A DNA stretch of 64,000 bases, taken from positions 64,001 through 128,000 of the forward strand of contig CAWHXP010000007.1 in NCBI GenBank assembly GCA_963833425.1. Reading direction: 5' to 3'. Origin of the DNA: an uncultured Methanosarcinaceae archaeon (GTDB taxonomy: Archaea > Halobacteriota > Methanosarcinia > Methanosarcinales > Methanosarcinaceae). Position numbers and translations under genes: made by a program. This document shows, piece by piece, positions 19,921 to 30,792 of the stretch (the stretch's first letter is position 1; every line of letters starts with the position of its first letter). The notes beneath the pieces are model-generated. The model was not told the origin of the DNA. It worked only from the letters and a program-made list of their open reading frames with translations, and did not search any database.

Positions 19921-20145
19921 GACTTAATATTTTTCATATGTGAGTTATTACTAACAGAACCTAAATTCAACAATGCATTGATTGTCGAAGTTGTAAGCTT
20001 AGAAGATTACCCAGAACTAAAAAATAAATATGAAAAAAATACATTACCGATGTCAATATTGTATGATTCTGAGGGGATTGAAATATGGCATATAGAGGGA
20101 AAACATGATCTAAACATGTGCGGAGAAAATTGGAAGAGATTATAG
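19921..20145 (+). pseudogene. Thioredoxin-fold C-terminal fragment
   Basis: EVVSLEDYPELKNKYEKNTLPMSILYDSEGIEIWHIEG has the cis-Pro/beta-hairpin pattern; no CxxC and no clear start. Confidence 0.4.
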
Positions 20146-20639
20146 ATTTGCAAGAAGAGTTTATTGATACTTCGCCAAAGATCTTACCAAAAACATGGTA
20201 ATTTCCAAGATTTATCGTTTTATCAATATTTTACAGCAGCTTATTTTTGCTCTATCCACATGGAGATTTTGGGTATTCTATTTCAGCAGATGCGATAAGA
20301 AGTTATGCCGTTAATTGCTTGATTGTTGCCCTTTCTATATGAAGTAACTCTACTAGAGCACGCATTAGTAGCAATTCTTGTGTGTATTTTTGAATAATTT
20401 CCTATCTGCATTTGAAGTCAAGATTGCCCATTATCCAATTGTAGAAGTTGATTGAATTTTAAACAAGCTATAAGAGAACACACTAACAAAACTTAAATCA
20501 TACATATTTAATGGATTAACTAATGGTTTCGGAACATCAAAATAACTTTTACTAGTTCTTCGTTCTGTGATAAAATAGCATAATGAATTATCCATCATTC
20601 TCTGCTGTTCGGTGAAAAATTTAAAATTTAACGTAAACA

Positions 20640-21240
20640 CATGTTAAATTCGTATTTCTCAAATCTCGAGATTTCAAGAATCTGCTGCCGTATATAATAT
20701 AATGCACTCAGCAGGGTACCAATATTTCTGATTCTATCTCTCCTGCGTAGGGGTGAATATTTTCTTCAAAGGTTTTTAGAAGTTTTGGATCAACGTTGTT
20801 TAGAAAGTAAGTGTCCATAATCAGGATGTTTGAGATCTGCTCTTAGAAATCTGCAAGTTCTCTAAGCCAATCTGTAGCTCTAAAACTTGCTTCAATATAT
20901 GCTTATCGAGAAACATAAGGTAACCAAAAATAGTATTTATGAGCTCCTCAGTTAGCCTGTTATCTGGAAATTTTATTGGGAAACGCTCAAGGAATGTAGG
21001 ATCTGTATAATCCGATAAAATCGTTTCAGACTTGCATAACGCAGGAAAGATTCTGGAGATCGGGCTATTAAGCACTGCAGTAACATAAGGATACTTACTG
21101 GGATCTTTGAGAACAATCCCACAGCCGTTTCTAAAAATGTGGTTTCCAATAGCATCGTATGTAGCCTGGAGATGTTAACCGACAATTGTAGTGATTTTAG
21201 GAATATAAAGATATTCCAGAGCTCTGATCCTTTTATACTA
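20640..21240 (-). pseudogene. C-terminal (TaqI_C-like specificity) remnant of a type IIG/Eco57I-like RM methyltransferase
   Basis: ALEYLYIPKITTIVG*HLQATYDAIGNHIF...YPYVTAVLNSPISRIF...FLERFPIKFP; the 5' part is cut off by the IS5 element at 21243. Confidence 0.55.
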
Positions 21241-21242
21241 TA

Positions 21243-22378
21243 GAGAATTTCGATAAACTCCATTCTCTTGAGCATGGTTAGCTTTAAATTTGTAAACATT
21301 TATGTATATTCATGAAAACTCTTACTGATTTTGCTCTTAAAGAAGAGTATAAACGTCTTGAATCTGTTGGAGATAAGCTTGCTGAAATTGATTCCTTAAT
21401 TGATTGGAAAACTTTTCTTATTATTCTTGAGTCTATGTCTATTAACAAAACCGTTTCATGAGGGCGACCTGAAACTGATGTCATTGTGATGTTCAAAATG
21501 CTTGTTTTACAACAATGGCATGGGCTCTCTGATTTTGAACTTGAGAAACAGTGTATAGATCGAATTTCTTTTAGAAAATTCCTTGGTTTTCCTGAATACA
21601 TACCTGATAGTACTGCTGTATGGCTATTTAGGGAGAGAATTATCGAGAATTTCAAAGAAAATATGGGGAAAGTTGCAAAGCCAACTTGATGCTCTGGGTT
21701 TACAGATAAAGCAGGGAATGATTCAGGATGCTACTTTTTATCCATTCAGATCCAGGACATGCAAAAGCAGAGAGATGAGGCAAAAACAAGAATAAGCAGA
21801 GACGGAACATGGACAAAGAAGGGAGGTAAGTTTCACTTTGGATATAAGTTTCATAATATAATAGACATAGATTATGAGCTGATCAGAAGATTCAAAACAA
21901 CAACTGCGTCAGTACATGATTCGTATGTAGATATGACAAAGGAAAATGAAGTGGTTTATAGGGGCAGAGGATACTTTGGAGCAAAAACTAAAGGGTATAA
22001 TGCAACAATGAAGAGAGCGGTCAAAGGACATACGCTGGGAATAAAGGATATATTAAGAAATAAGAGAATTAGCTCAGAAAGAGTCCCAGGAGAAAGAGTT
22101 TATTCAGTAATGAAAGAAATTTTCAAAGCAGGAAGAGTTTTTGTCACTACTGTTAAAAGAGTAAATCTAAAAATGTTGTGTACGGCTTTTTGTTATAATC
22201 TCCATCAATTGAGGAAATTGAAAATAAAAAAAGTATATTGAAGATAGCGGAAGCTATCTTTAAAATCAAAGAATTGAGAATAAAGTAAAGCCAAAAAGAG
22301 GAATTAAATAGAGAAATTGAGGGGAAGATCTGAGAAATTCCTGCTAAGAAATAAAATCCGAAGTTTATCGAAATCCTC
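21243..22378 (+). mobile_element. IS5-family insertion sequence, transposase disrupted (family B)
   Basis: TIRs GAGAATTTCGATAAACTCC / GAAGTTTATCGAAATCCTC; MKTLTDFALKEEY...S*GRP...KMLVLQQWHGLSD, IQDATF, FGYKFH; internal stop and frameshifts. Confidence 0.9.
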
Positions 22379-22527
22379 CTTACTTTATTTACAAAACAAA
22401 GTTCCAAAAATAGAGAATAAATTAACTTTTTACTGCGTGTGTGAGCTGCTACCATGTTAAGAAAGTTGCTTAGCTGAGTAGTACAACTTCCTTTTGATCC
22501 TCATATCAAACTGCTCTTGTAAATCAG

Positions 22528-23424
22528 TTAAATGAGACTTATTAACCCTTCATGCAATTCTATCTCTCCCCTCCACCAGCCTGAAATTTTTGAAACGTCT
22601 GCCCTTGAGTCTCGAACATCACCTGCCCTTGGAGCCACGTGTAATATCCTGCTTGGAGACTCGGTGAGTTTAATTATATTTTCAGCAAGCTCACGAACTG
22701 TCACGCTCTTTCCCATAGCCACATTGAAAACTTGTCCATCCCCATATTCAAGGGCTAGAGCGTTTGCCCTGACTACATCTTTGACATGCACGAAATCCCG
22801 ACTTTGAAGCCCATCTCCATAGATAACAAGGTCTTTTCCTGAATTTGCCCTCTCCATGAAAATAGGGATAACAGCCGCATATTGAGATTTTGGGTTTTGA
22901 CGAGGACCATATACATTGAAGTAGCGTAAGCAGGTTGTTCTAAGTCCTTGGTCCATATAAAACATCCTTGCCAAGTACTCCCCGTCGAGTTTGGAAATAG
23001 CATAAGGAGAAGTCGGCTTAGGACACATATCTTCACTTTTTGGAAGGATTGGATTATTTCCGTAAACTGCAGCTGAAGATGCAGTTACAAATTTATCAAC
23101 TTCAGCTTTAACACAGGCCTGTAACACATTGAGTGTTCCGAGAGTATTAATCCGGAAAGACTCCGCAGGTCTTTCACAGCTTAGAGGTACAGATACAAGA
23201 GCAGCTTCATGGAAAACATAGTCTATTCCAGCAACTGCTTTTTCAACTGAAAAATAATCACATATATCTCCCTGAACAAATTCTATATTTTTATGCGGTA
23301 TAATATTTTGGATAAAACCCGTGGTAAGGTTATCCATGATTCTGACAGTATCCCCGTTTTTTGCAAAATACTCAGCTAGATGGGAGCCGATAAAACCTGC
23401 CCCCCCTGTAACTAACACTTTCAT
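22528..23424 (-). CDS. NAD-dependent epimerase/dehydratase (UDP-glucose 4-epimerase-like extended SDR)
   Basis: VTGGAGFIGSH, SSAAVYG, YAISK and LRYFNVYGPRQ. Confidence 0.92.
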   Translation of the reverse strand: MKVLVTGGAGFIGSHLAEYFAKNGDTVRIMDNLTTGFIQNIIPHKNIEFVQGDICDYFSVEKAVAGIDYVFHEAALVSVPLSCERPAESFRINTLGTLNVLQACVKAEVDKFVTASSAAVYGNNPILPKSEDMCPKPTSPYAISKLDGEYLARMFYMDQGLRTTCLRYFNVYGPRQNPKSQYAAVIPIFMERANSGKDLVIYGDGLQSRDFVHVKDVVRANALALEYGDGQVFNVAMGKSVTVRELAENIIKLTESPSRILHVAPRAGDVRDSRADVSKISGWWRGEIELHEGLISLI

Positions 23425-23856
23425 GATACCAGGAAAGGGAAAATACAAAATAAAATTTTCTATGCTTGTCCTTAAATTTATGGGATGGAGTTGAAATATT
23501 TAGGAATATGCCAAAAATAACTAAGGATGGAAGTATATCAATAGATAAAAAATTTTTCGTATGATGTCTGTCTATGTATGAAATATATACTTAAAAAATT
23601 ACAATAGATCAAAAATGTGGAGATAAAAACAGAAACATGATATGATGAGTTTATTAAAACAAAATTGAAATCTCGATATCGAGTACAATAGGTATGTATC
23701 TATTATGGGATCGAAAGTAGATCTCACTTATTTTCTTGCAACATGAACACCTGAAAACTATAAGTATGGTTCGGAAAGGCTGCAAAAAATATCAAATTAA
23801 TAAATTAAGTAAATAAGTTTAAATTCAAAGAAGATAGATTATAAAAAATTTTATTA

Positions 23857-24753
23857 GTGGTGAAAATGGCAAAAAGAAAACAAACTCCTATGGATCTACT
23901 CCTCGTTGCAGTTATTGTTCTTTTTATTGATATTTTAGTTCTTGTGCCTGTACTTAATGGAAACTTCCTACGAACGTATTTAGGAATTCTACTAGTGCTT
24001 TTCTTGCCAGGTTATGCCCTGACTGCAGCTATCTTCCCAGCAAAAAAAGATCTAGAGGGAATCGAGAGAGCTGTAATCTCCCTTGGACTTAGTATAGCCC
24101 TAGTTCCAACAATGGGACTTGTACTAAACTATACAACATGGGGAATCCGGGAAATTACTCTACTGACTGGTCTTTCGGTTTTCATACTCCTAATGTGCGC
24201 AATTGCATACTATCGGAGGAATTTGTTACTGGAAGAAGAAGCTTTTGAAGTTCCATTCAAAGCTTTCTTCCTGCAGATGAAAACCGAACTCATGAAAAAG
24301 CCCGAATCCAAAATTGACAAAATTTTCGCAGTTATTCTGGTCCTCTTCACAGTTGCATCTGTTGTCGGCTTGGCCCATATTATCGGAAATCCAAAAGAGA
24401 GAGAGCACTTTACCGAGTTTTACATCCTTGGAGCTAACAAAACAGCAGATGGATATCCCACAAATTTAATATTTGGAAAAAATGCGACAGTTATTGTAGG
24501 AATAGTAAATCACGAAAACAGGCCAGTAGATTATACAATGGAAATGAGGCTTGAAAATCAATCTCTACCTCTACCAGAGGACCAGAAACAAATAAGCCTT
24601 GCGCATAATATGTCCTGGATCGAACAAGTAACTTTCACTCCACCCTTCAAAGGAAAGAATATGAAGCTAGAATTTCTTCTGTTTAATGAAACCGAAAAGA
24701 AAACGCCTTACAGAAATCTGCATCTTTGGATTAACGTTACCAAGGAGACCTGA
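23857..24753 (+). CDS. DUF1616-domain membrane protein
   Basis: LFLPGYALTAAIFP...IERAVISLGLS, EHFTEFYILG, VGIVNHE and YRNLHLWINV. Confidence 0.85.
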   Translation: MVKMAKRKQTPMDLLLVAVIVLFIDILVLVPVLNGNFLRTYLGILLVLFLPGYALTAAIFPAKKDLEGIERAVISLGLSIALVPTMGLVLNYTTWGIREITLLTGLSVFILLMCAIAYYRRNLLLEEEAFEVPFKAFFLQMKTELMKKPESKIDKIFAVILVLFTVASVVGLAHIIGNPKEREHFTEFYILGANKTADGYPTNLIFGKNATVIVGIVNHENRPVDYTMEMRLENQSLPLPEDQKQISLAHNMSWIEQVTFTPPFKGKNMKLEFLLFNETEKKTPYRNLHLWINVTKET

Positions 24754-24755
24754 AA

Positions 24756-25631
24756 ATGGTGTCAGTGGACTCTTCACCTTCTGAGGTAGAAGTCGGGAAA
24801 ATCGCCTTGCCGGAACTAGTCAAAACCTTCAAAAATTTAACCGAAGAAAAGACTGGATTCTTGAAAAAGCTGTTCTACGCAGGGACTCCTGCCATTACGA
24901 TCATTTTTTCCGAGCTGTTGATTTTCGAAGGTAGGTTAAATGAGGCTTCTATAGCTTATACTTTACTTCTATTAATTCTTTCATTTTCTACAGCAGTTAC
25001 GAAAAAGCAGGAAGTACGCGAAATTCATCAGGCTTTTCTGCTTCTGCCGATTTTTCGCTTGGTAAATCTTTCAATGCCGATCTTTTCCGAGATTAATCTT
25101 TACTCTTTTGTATTTATTTATGCGCCCCTGATAATTCCTGTAGTAATCGCTATCAACTATCACAAGACTACATTTGAGAAAAAAATAGGTACTCTTAAGA
25201 AAATATTGACTCAAATTCCTTTAGCTGTCCTTACAGCTCTGGTTTTTGGGGAAGCAGAATATATGTTCATTGGAAGCAAAGCCCTTATCTCGGACATTGA
25301 TCCGGCAAATATACTCGTATTTATAATCATAATGATATTTATAGTGGGTCTGATAGAGGAATTTATTTTCAGGGCAATCTTACAAAGAAGGCTAGAAAAG
25401 TTCTTAGGGCCGACAAGTGGAATCCTTTTAGCAAGCCTTCTTTTTGGGATAATGCACTCTGGATACGGGACCCCCTCCGAAATGGTATTTACTTTCCTTG
25501 TAGGGTGTTTTCTTGGCTATTGCTTTTATAGAACCCGAAGCCTTACATTTGTGATAATGATTAATGGCTTGATAAACATTTTTTTGTTTGGGGTAATTCC
25601 AAACTTGGGCCCAGGACTAGGATTGGTGTGA
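24756..25631 (+). CDS. CPBP (Abi/CAAX) family intramembrane glutamic endopeptidase
   Basis: EEFIFRAILQ and FGIMH; the motif-4 His appears replaced (MINGLIN); multi-TM; 2 nt from the DUF1616 stop. Confidence 0.85.
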   Translation: MVSVDSSPSEVEVGKIALPELVKTFKNLTEEKTGFLKKLFYAGTPAITIIFSELLIFEGRLNEASIAYTLLLLILSFSTAVTKKQEVREIHQAFLLLPIFRLVNLSMPIFSEINLYSFVFIYAPLIIPVVIAINYHKTTFEKKIGTLKKILTQIPLAVLTALVFGEAEYMFIGSKALISDIDPANILVFIIIMIFIVGLIEEFIFRAILQRRLEKFLGPTSGILLASLLFGIMHSGYGTPSEMVFTFLVGCFLGYCFYRTRSLTFVIMINGLINIFLFGVIPNLGPGLGLV

Positions 25632-26589
25632 AAATCCTATTCTCTGAGCGAATTTGGAGACTATTACACTTGAAAAGTTAAATTCAAAGAAGACTGGAAA
25701 CTCAACTACAGATTCAGCATAGAATAGACTACTTCAGGAAAATTAAGGATCAAATAAAAAATATTAAAAATAGAATCAACTAAAACAAAAACGTCACATC
25801 CACTTCATGAACCAAAAAACTTCTAGACTTGCAGCCATCATAGAGTGATCTGATTAAATACAACCTACTCAATTAAAAATCCCCTTGTTAAGACGGCTAT
25901 TCCTTTCAAGCTACTGATAGATATCTCGTTTCAAAAAAAATCACGTAAAATATAGTTAAAAAGCAGCTCAATAAACTCTACTTCAGATATCAAGTAGTTG
26001 ATTTTTATAAGAAACTGAACTTTTTTTGTAATCCGAATTTGCTATTTCTATTTTTGTGTGAAAGGATATCTTCATATTTAAAGGGCAAGAAGAGCAATAT
26101 CATGGTCAATAAATTTCGAATCCATTTCCTATGATTCTATTGATATACAATTTTCAGTCCCCTAATCATTATATTTCTCAAATTTTGATCTAATCATTAA
26201 TACGAAATTGGCAGATTATATGAATAACATAGTAAAATACAAAAATACTGTGTAAAATTAGGATAAAAAAATGTGAAAGTAGATAAGAAATCCATATTTA
26301 ATCATATTTTTTAGGCTTTATGGATAGAAACTGACTATTACGAGCTAATACTGATGGAATTTTTGGAAGTGTTAATTGTTTCTTGATGAGGATATGACAT
26401 TTCATTCCATAATAACCTCGAAAAGGAAAAAATAGGGTCAAATACGTAAATTAGCTGAAAAATTATAGCCTGGAATCCTCTTCATCACTCAAAAAATAAG
26501 TGCGTTTTCTATCATTTGATTGATATTTTTAAAATTAAGCTTCCAGTGTAAAGAATTCGTAGTTTAATCAATTGAAAAATTATTACACA

Positions 26590-27470
26590 ATATTGAAATC
26601 GAATAAATTCATTATATTTGTTGACATCAGCTTTAAAACTACTGAGTTTTCCAGAATGAACATTTATTCCTGTGGATATTAAACATGCTTTTGCCCAATA
26701 CTAGCTTATTATTTTGCTCTCATTGATGGGGTATATTAGTATTAATATCGCATTCTTGTAGAACCTATTGGCCTAATGGCGGGTAAAAAAGAAAAATTCG
26801 ATTTTAATAAGACTTCCTGTTTTTATTACCCTTCGAAAGTTTGTACCCAGAAATTCTCTTATATAGTTAACCTTGTTCTGTCAATGATTCTAAAGTTATT
26901 TTACTCATATGAAGGAAATGTCTCTATTGCAGCGATTGATGCAACAGGATTTACGAGTTCATATGCAAGTTATTATTATTCCGGAAGAAAAGGAAACTTC
27001 GAAGAAGCTTCCTGAGAACTTCAATATCAATAGACACAAGTAAAAAGGTAATATTGGGATGGAAAATTAGTCAAAAAACAGACCATGAAATCAAACATGC
27101 AAAATGCTATGATAAGACTATCAAATAAGATGAGAAAGTCTGATTGTTATGTAATGGATAAGCGATGCCATTCAGAAAAAATGTATCCCCTAATTAGAGA
27201 GAGAAATGAAATCAGGTTCTATCACACCTGTAAAAGAGAGAGAAAAAGGAAAAAAATAAGTGGAAAATATAGAAAACAATTGAACCTGGTCTTTGACAAA
27301 ATTAAATATGATCAAAGAAATATAATGGAGACAATTTATTTGTTGCCAAAAGGAGGTTTGGAGAAGTACTTAGGCAAAAAAGTACCATAGTCAAGTCAAA
27401 GAAGTAAAACTTAAATTGTAGTCTATGATTTAAATAAAAAGATAGTAAAATAATTTGTACTAAATTAAAA
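26590..27470 (+). mobile_element. Degraded IS5-like element (family A, copy 2)
   Basis: IAAIDATGFTSSYASYYYS, YVMDKR and DQRNIMET; central part nearly identical to 6200-6500. Confidence 0.8.
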
Positions 27471-27716
27471 TTTCTAAGGTACCATTCAGTCCATTATTAA
27501 ATTGCAGCTTCAGAACTAACAGGAGAAAACATAACTGTTAATTTTATATACTATAGAATAGACGTAATTTTGTATTTGCTTACAGTGACATACTTATCAA
27601 TTCATCCTGTTTCTTGAAAAATGATTTAAAAACGGGATCAAATTGTATAAATCGCCTTTCCATCAATTTAATAAAAGTGCAGAGATTGTGAATCTAAAAT
27701 GAAGACGGAGAAATGA

Positions 27717-28010
27717 ATGTACCCGGAAATTTCGATGCTTGCCTATTTTATAGTTCTCTTTCTTACCCTTCGTGATGTCCGAATCTTCAAAAGGACAGGC
27801 TATCGTTCCTACAGGAAAGGAGCCCTAAAGGGACTTGCAGCTTCCACCTTAATACTAATAGGAGCAATTATTGTTGAGACACAGTTATATCTAGGCCTGC
27901 TCATTGTTTTTATAGGGCTCTACATCAACCTCAAAGGAGGACGAGAACAAGTTTTCACTGATGCAAGCATTCTTGATCGTTTCCTTGGAAAGACGGATTA
28001 TGTTAAATAA
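27717..28010 (+). CDS. Small hypothetical membrane protein
   Basis: RBS GGAG, 97 aa, about three TM segments. Confidence 0.75.
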   Translation: MYPEISMLAYFIVLFLTLRDVRIFKRTGYRSYRKGALKGLAASTLILIGAIIVETQLYLGLLIVFIGLYINLKGGREQVFTDASILDRFLGKTDYVK

Positions 28011-28273
28011 AAGTGAAGACTAAATGCAAAAACAATACCAAGATTTAAGTATTTGAATCTTCACAAACTCAGAATCTTTTGGATTTATTACTTGATACAA
28101 AAAGCTATAAAAATTATTGAATTTATGTCATTAACCCATTTGAATATACTGATTTTGAGAATATTACTTTGGGATGAAAGTACATGAAGTCATTTTTATC
28201 ACGTACACTCCCTGGACTCTATTACCACTAATGTGATTATACTACTAATTATTTTTATATGTGTATTAAATTA

Positions 28274-28350
28274 GAAGAATTTCGATAAACTCCCTGCTCT
28301 TGAACATGGTTGGCTTTAAATTTGTCAATATTTATCTATATTCATGAAAA
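28274..28350 (+). mobile_element. Left end of a family-B IS5 element, truncated just after its ATG
   Basis: Matches 21243-21318 (TIR through CATGAAAA), then abuts an IS6 TIR. Confidence 0.75.
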
Positions 28351-28351
28351 C

Positions 28352-28500
28352 GGTTCCGTTGCAAAAAATCACAACATTTTTCAAAATAGTTGAAAACATC
28401 CACAATAAGGTAATTTGAGTGATCAAATTGGGGTTAAAATAGCATTTAACGGAGATAGTAATACCTCAAAGTACAGAAAAAATATTTTTGCAACATAACC
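28352..28500. mobile_element. 149-bp IS6-family MITE / internally deleted IS6
   Basis: TIRs GGTTCCGTTGCAAAAA / TTTTTGCAACATAACC; no ORF. Confidence 0.8.
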
Positions 28501-28546
28501 CTACTCTGAATATTACCAGTATCCTTGATAAATTTATTCTGTAGCA

Positions 28547-28819
28547 TTAGGCTCTGATTTTCGGCTCTCTTTTATAATCATTATATTTTTTAATTTTTCT
28601 AATCACCAGCCATGCAATTAGGGCAATTATTCCAATTATAGCTGCTAGAATAATCAATAGTGAGTTTAATTCATCTTTAGAAGAAGTGCTTGGATCTTTA
28701 GAAGAAGCGCTTGGATATTTAGAAGAAGTACCTGGAATAATCACATCTGCATGAACTACTGATGTTAAAATAAATACACTTAGGTACAATGATATTATGA
28801 TAATATTTGTTTTTTTCAT
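28547..28819 (-). CDS. Small exported, membrane-anchored protein with 3x SSKxPS repeat
   Basis: Signal-like N-terminus ending VHA, three 21-bp tandem units, C-terminal TM and basic tail. Confidence 0.55.
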   Translation of the reverse strand: MKKTNIIIISLYLSVFILTSVVHADVIIPGTSSKYPSASSKDPSTSSKDELNSLLIILAAIIGIIALIAWLVIRKIKKYNDYKREPKIRA

Positions 28820-28841
28820 TTTTTATCTTTAACCTTCTTTT

Positions 28842-29792
28842 TTATCCATTTATTTTTTTGCTATATAAAAATAGTGCACAATACAAGACTATTGATGAAC
28901 TGATAATTATCGCGAATACTGAAGTATTTTGTGACAGGAAACTGCCTGTGTCTGCGTATGTTGGGAGGACTCCGATTATTAATGCCAGTGTCGTCAAGCC
29001 AAATGAGAAGCCTGGTCTTCCTGGAAGTATATTTGAGATTGCTACCAAAGTAATCGGCATTGTAAAATTGAAGAGGAACATTCCGAGTATTGATGCATCT
29101 GGTATTGCTGCTCCAAATGTGAGTAGTGGAGCAGATATTAAAAGAGACATGACTCCTATACCTTTTGCCACCCGTATTTATCTCCTATAATTCCACCGAA
29201 AGCTTTTCCTAAGACTATAGCTGAGGTTAGTGTTACTAATAGAAAGATGTCTGATTTCCAGGGCAAAAAGACCACTGAGCCGATTACTGATCTTGCTACG
29301 ATTGTCATTAAAATTGAGAGTATGATTGATTCAAAATAGTTTGTGTTTATTTTCTCGTCTGTTTTGTAATTTATTTCTGGATATTTAGTATAATACATGT
29401 GGGCACAGAATAGCTATTAGTATTAGCAACGGCCAGGCTGTAAAGAATCCGCTTTTCCCGTAAAGGGTTCCTATTAAAAGTCCTAATGCTCCGGGAGCTA
29501 CAAATATTCCTGGTGCTGATGCCTTATTTTTTGTTAGGTTGAGACTTATTATCCCGCCACCTACATGAAATAGGGCATTTCCGATGCCTCCAAGGATTAT
29601 TGCATACAAGGGCAATAGAAAAGAGACAAGTATTGCTGACGCTGTTATAATAGAACCGGAAATTGCTGAGAGCTTTGGACATCGGTACTTATCTATCAGA
29701 AGACCGAATAAAGTCTGGGACCCGAAAGCAATAACATTATACATGACGACTAGCTGGATAAAGTATTCATTAGTTATTGATTTTGAAGATAA
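28842..29792 (-). pseudogene. MFS-like membrane protein, frameshifted and 5'-truncated by IS6
   Basis: Three overlapping hydrophobic ORFs (YNVIAFGSQ...GIGNALFHVGGG...APGIFVAPGALG; GKAFGGIIGDKYG; FNFTMPITL...PGFSFGLTT). Confidence 0.75.
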
Positions 29793-30642
29793 GGTTCCGT
29801 TGCAAAAAATCCTTTCTAATGATACAATAGAATAAAAAGAAAACCAAAGATAGCAACTGCTATCTAATTCCTTTAAATGGAAGCATTATGAAGGAGAAAT
29901 TATCCTATTGAATGTAAGATGGTACTTAAAATATGCATTAAGTTATAGAAATTTAAAGGAAATGATGGCAGAAAGGGGAGTAAAAGTCGACCATACAACA
30001 ATCATGAGACGGGTACATCAATATTCCCCTGAAATAGAAAAAAAAATAAGAAGATATTTAAGACCAACAAATGATTCGTGGAGAGTTGATGAAACCTATA
30101 TCAAAGTAAAAGGTAAATGGAAATATTTTTACCGAGCAGTTGACTCAAATGGAGATACAATTGACTTCATGTTAAGTTCAAAACGAAACCGAAAAGCTGC
30201 GAAGAGATTTTTTAAAAAAGCTTTAAGTTCTAATCATAATCAAACTCCAAGAGTAATAACCGTTGATAAAATCCAGCTTATCCACCTGCTATAGATAAAC
30301 TAAAAATTGATAAAATACTATCTAAAAACGTAGGCATTCGACAAATCAAGTATTTGAATAACATTATAGAACAAGATCACAGATCTATAAAGAGAATCAT
30401 TAATCCAATGTTAGGATTTCAGTCTTTTCGATCTGCTAAAGACTTTAAAAGGAATTGAAGCTATAAATATGATCAAAAAAGGACAAGTAATCGATCTAAA
30501 TTACTCTGTTCTTAATGAAATCAAATACATTAATCAATTGTTTGGCATAGTTTTATATTGTTAGTATATTTTCCTTGAATATTTTGTTTTTATTAATTAC
30601 TTATAGATTTACATATTTTTTTGAAGTTTTTGCAACGGAACC
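29793..30642 (+). mobile_element. IS6-family insertion sequence, transposase frameshifted (copy 1)
   Basis: TIRs GGTTCCGTTGCAAAAA / TTTTTGCAACGGAACC; FKWKHYEGEII, WRVDETYIKV, YRAVD, NNIIEQDHR; frameshift at TVDK. Confidence 0.93.
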
Positions 30643-30685
30643 GTTTTTGGTATATACTCCGATTCTAAAAAAACTAAAGTGATTT

Positions 30686-30705
30686 CCAGAGAGTTTACTC
30701 CCTGG
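30686..30705 (-). terminator. Hairpin downstream of the arylsulfatase gene
   Basis: CCAGAGAG-TTTA-CTCCCTGG; near-identical copy at 33230-33249. Confidence 0.45.
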
Positions 30706-30792
30706 TAAAACTTAATTTTTGGCTGAATTTGCTCTCTAAATCCGTATCGGGAACTCCGTATCTGGAGAGAAAATCAGTATGATATTTGAATC

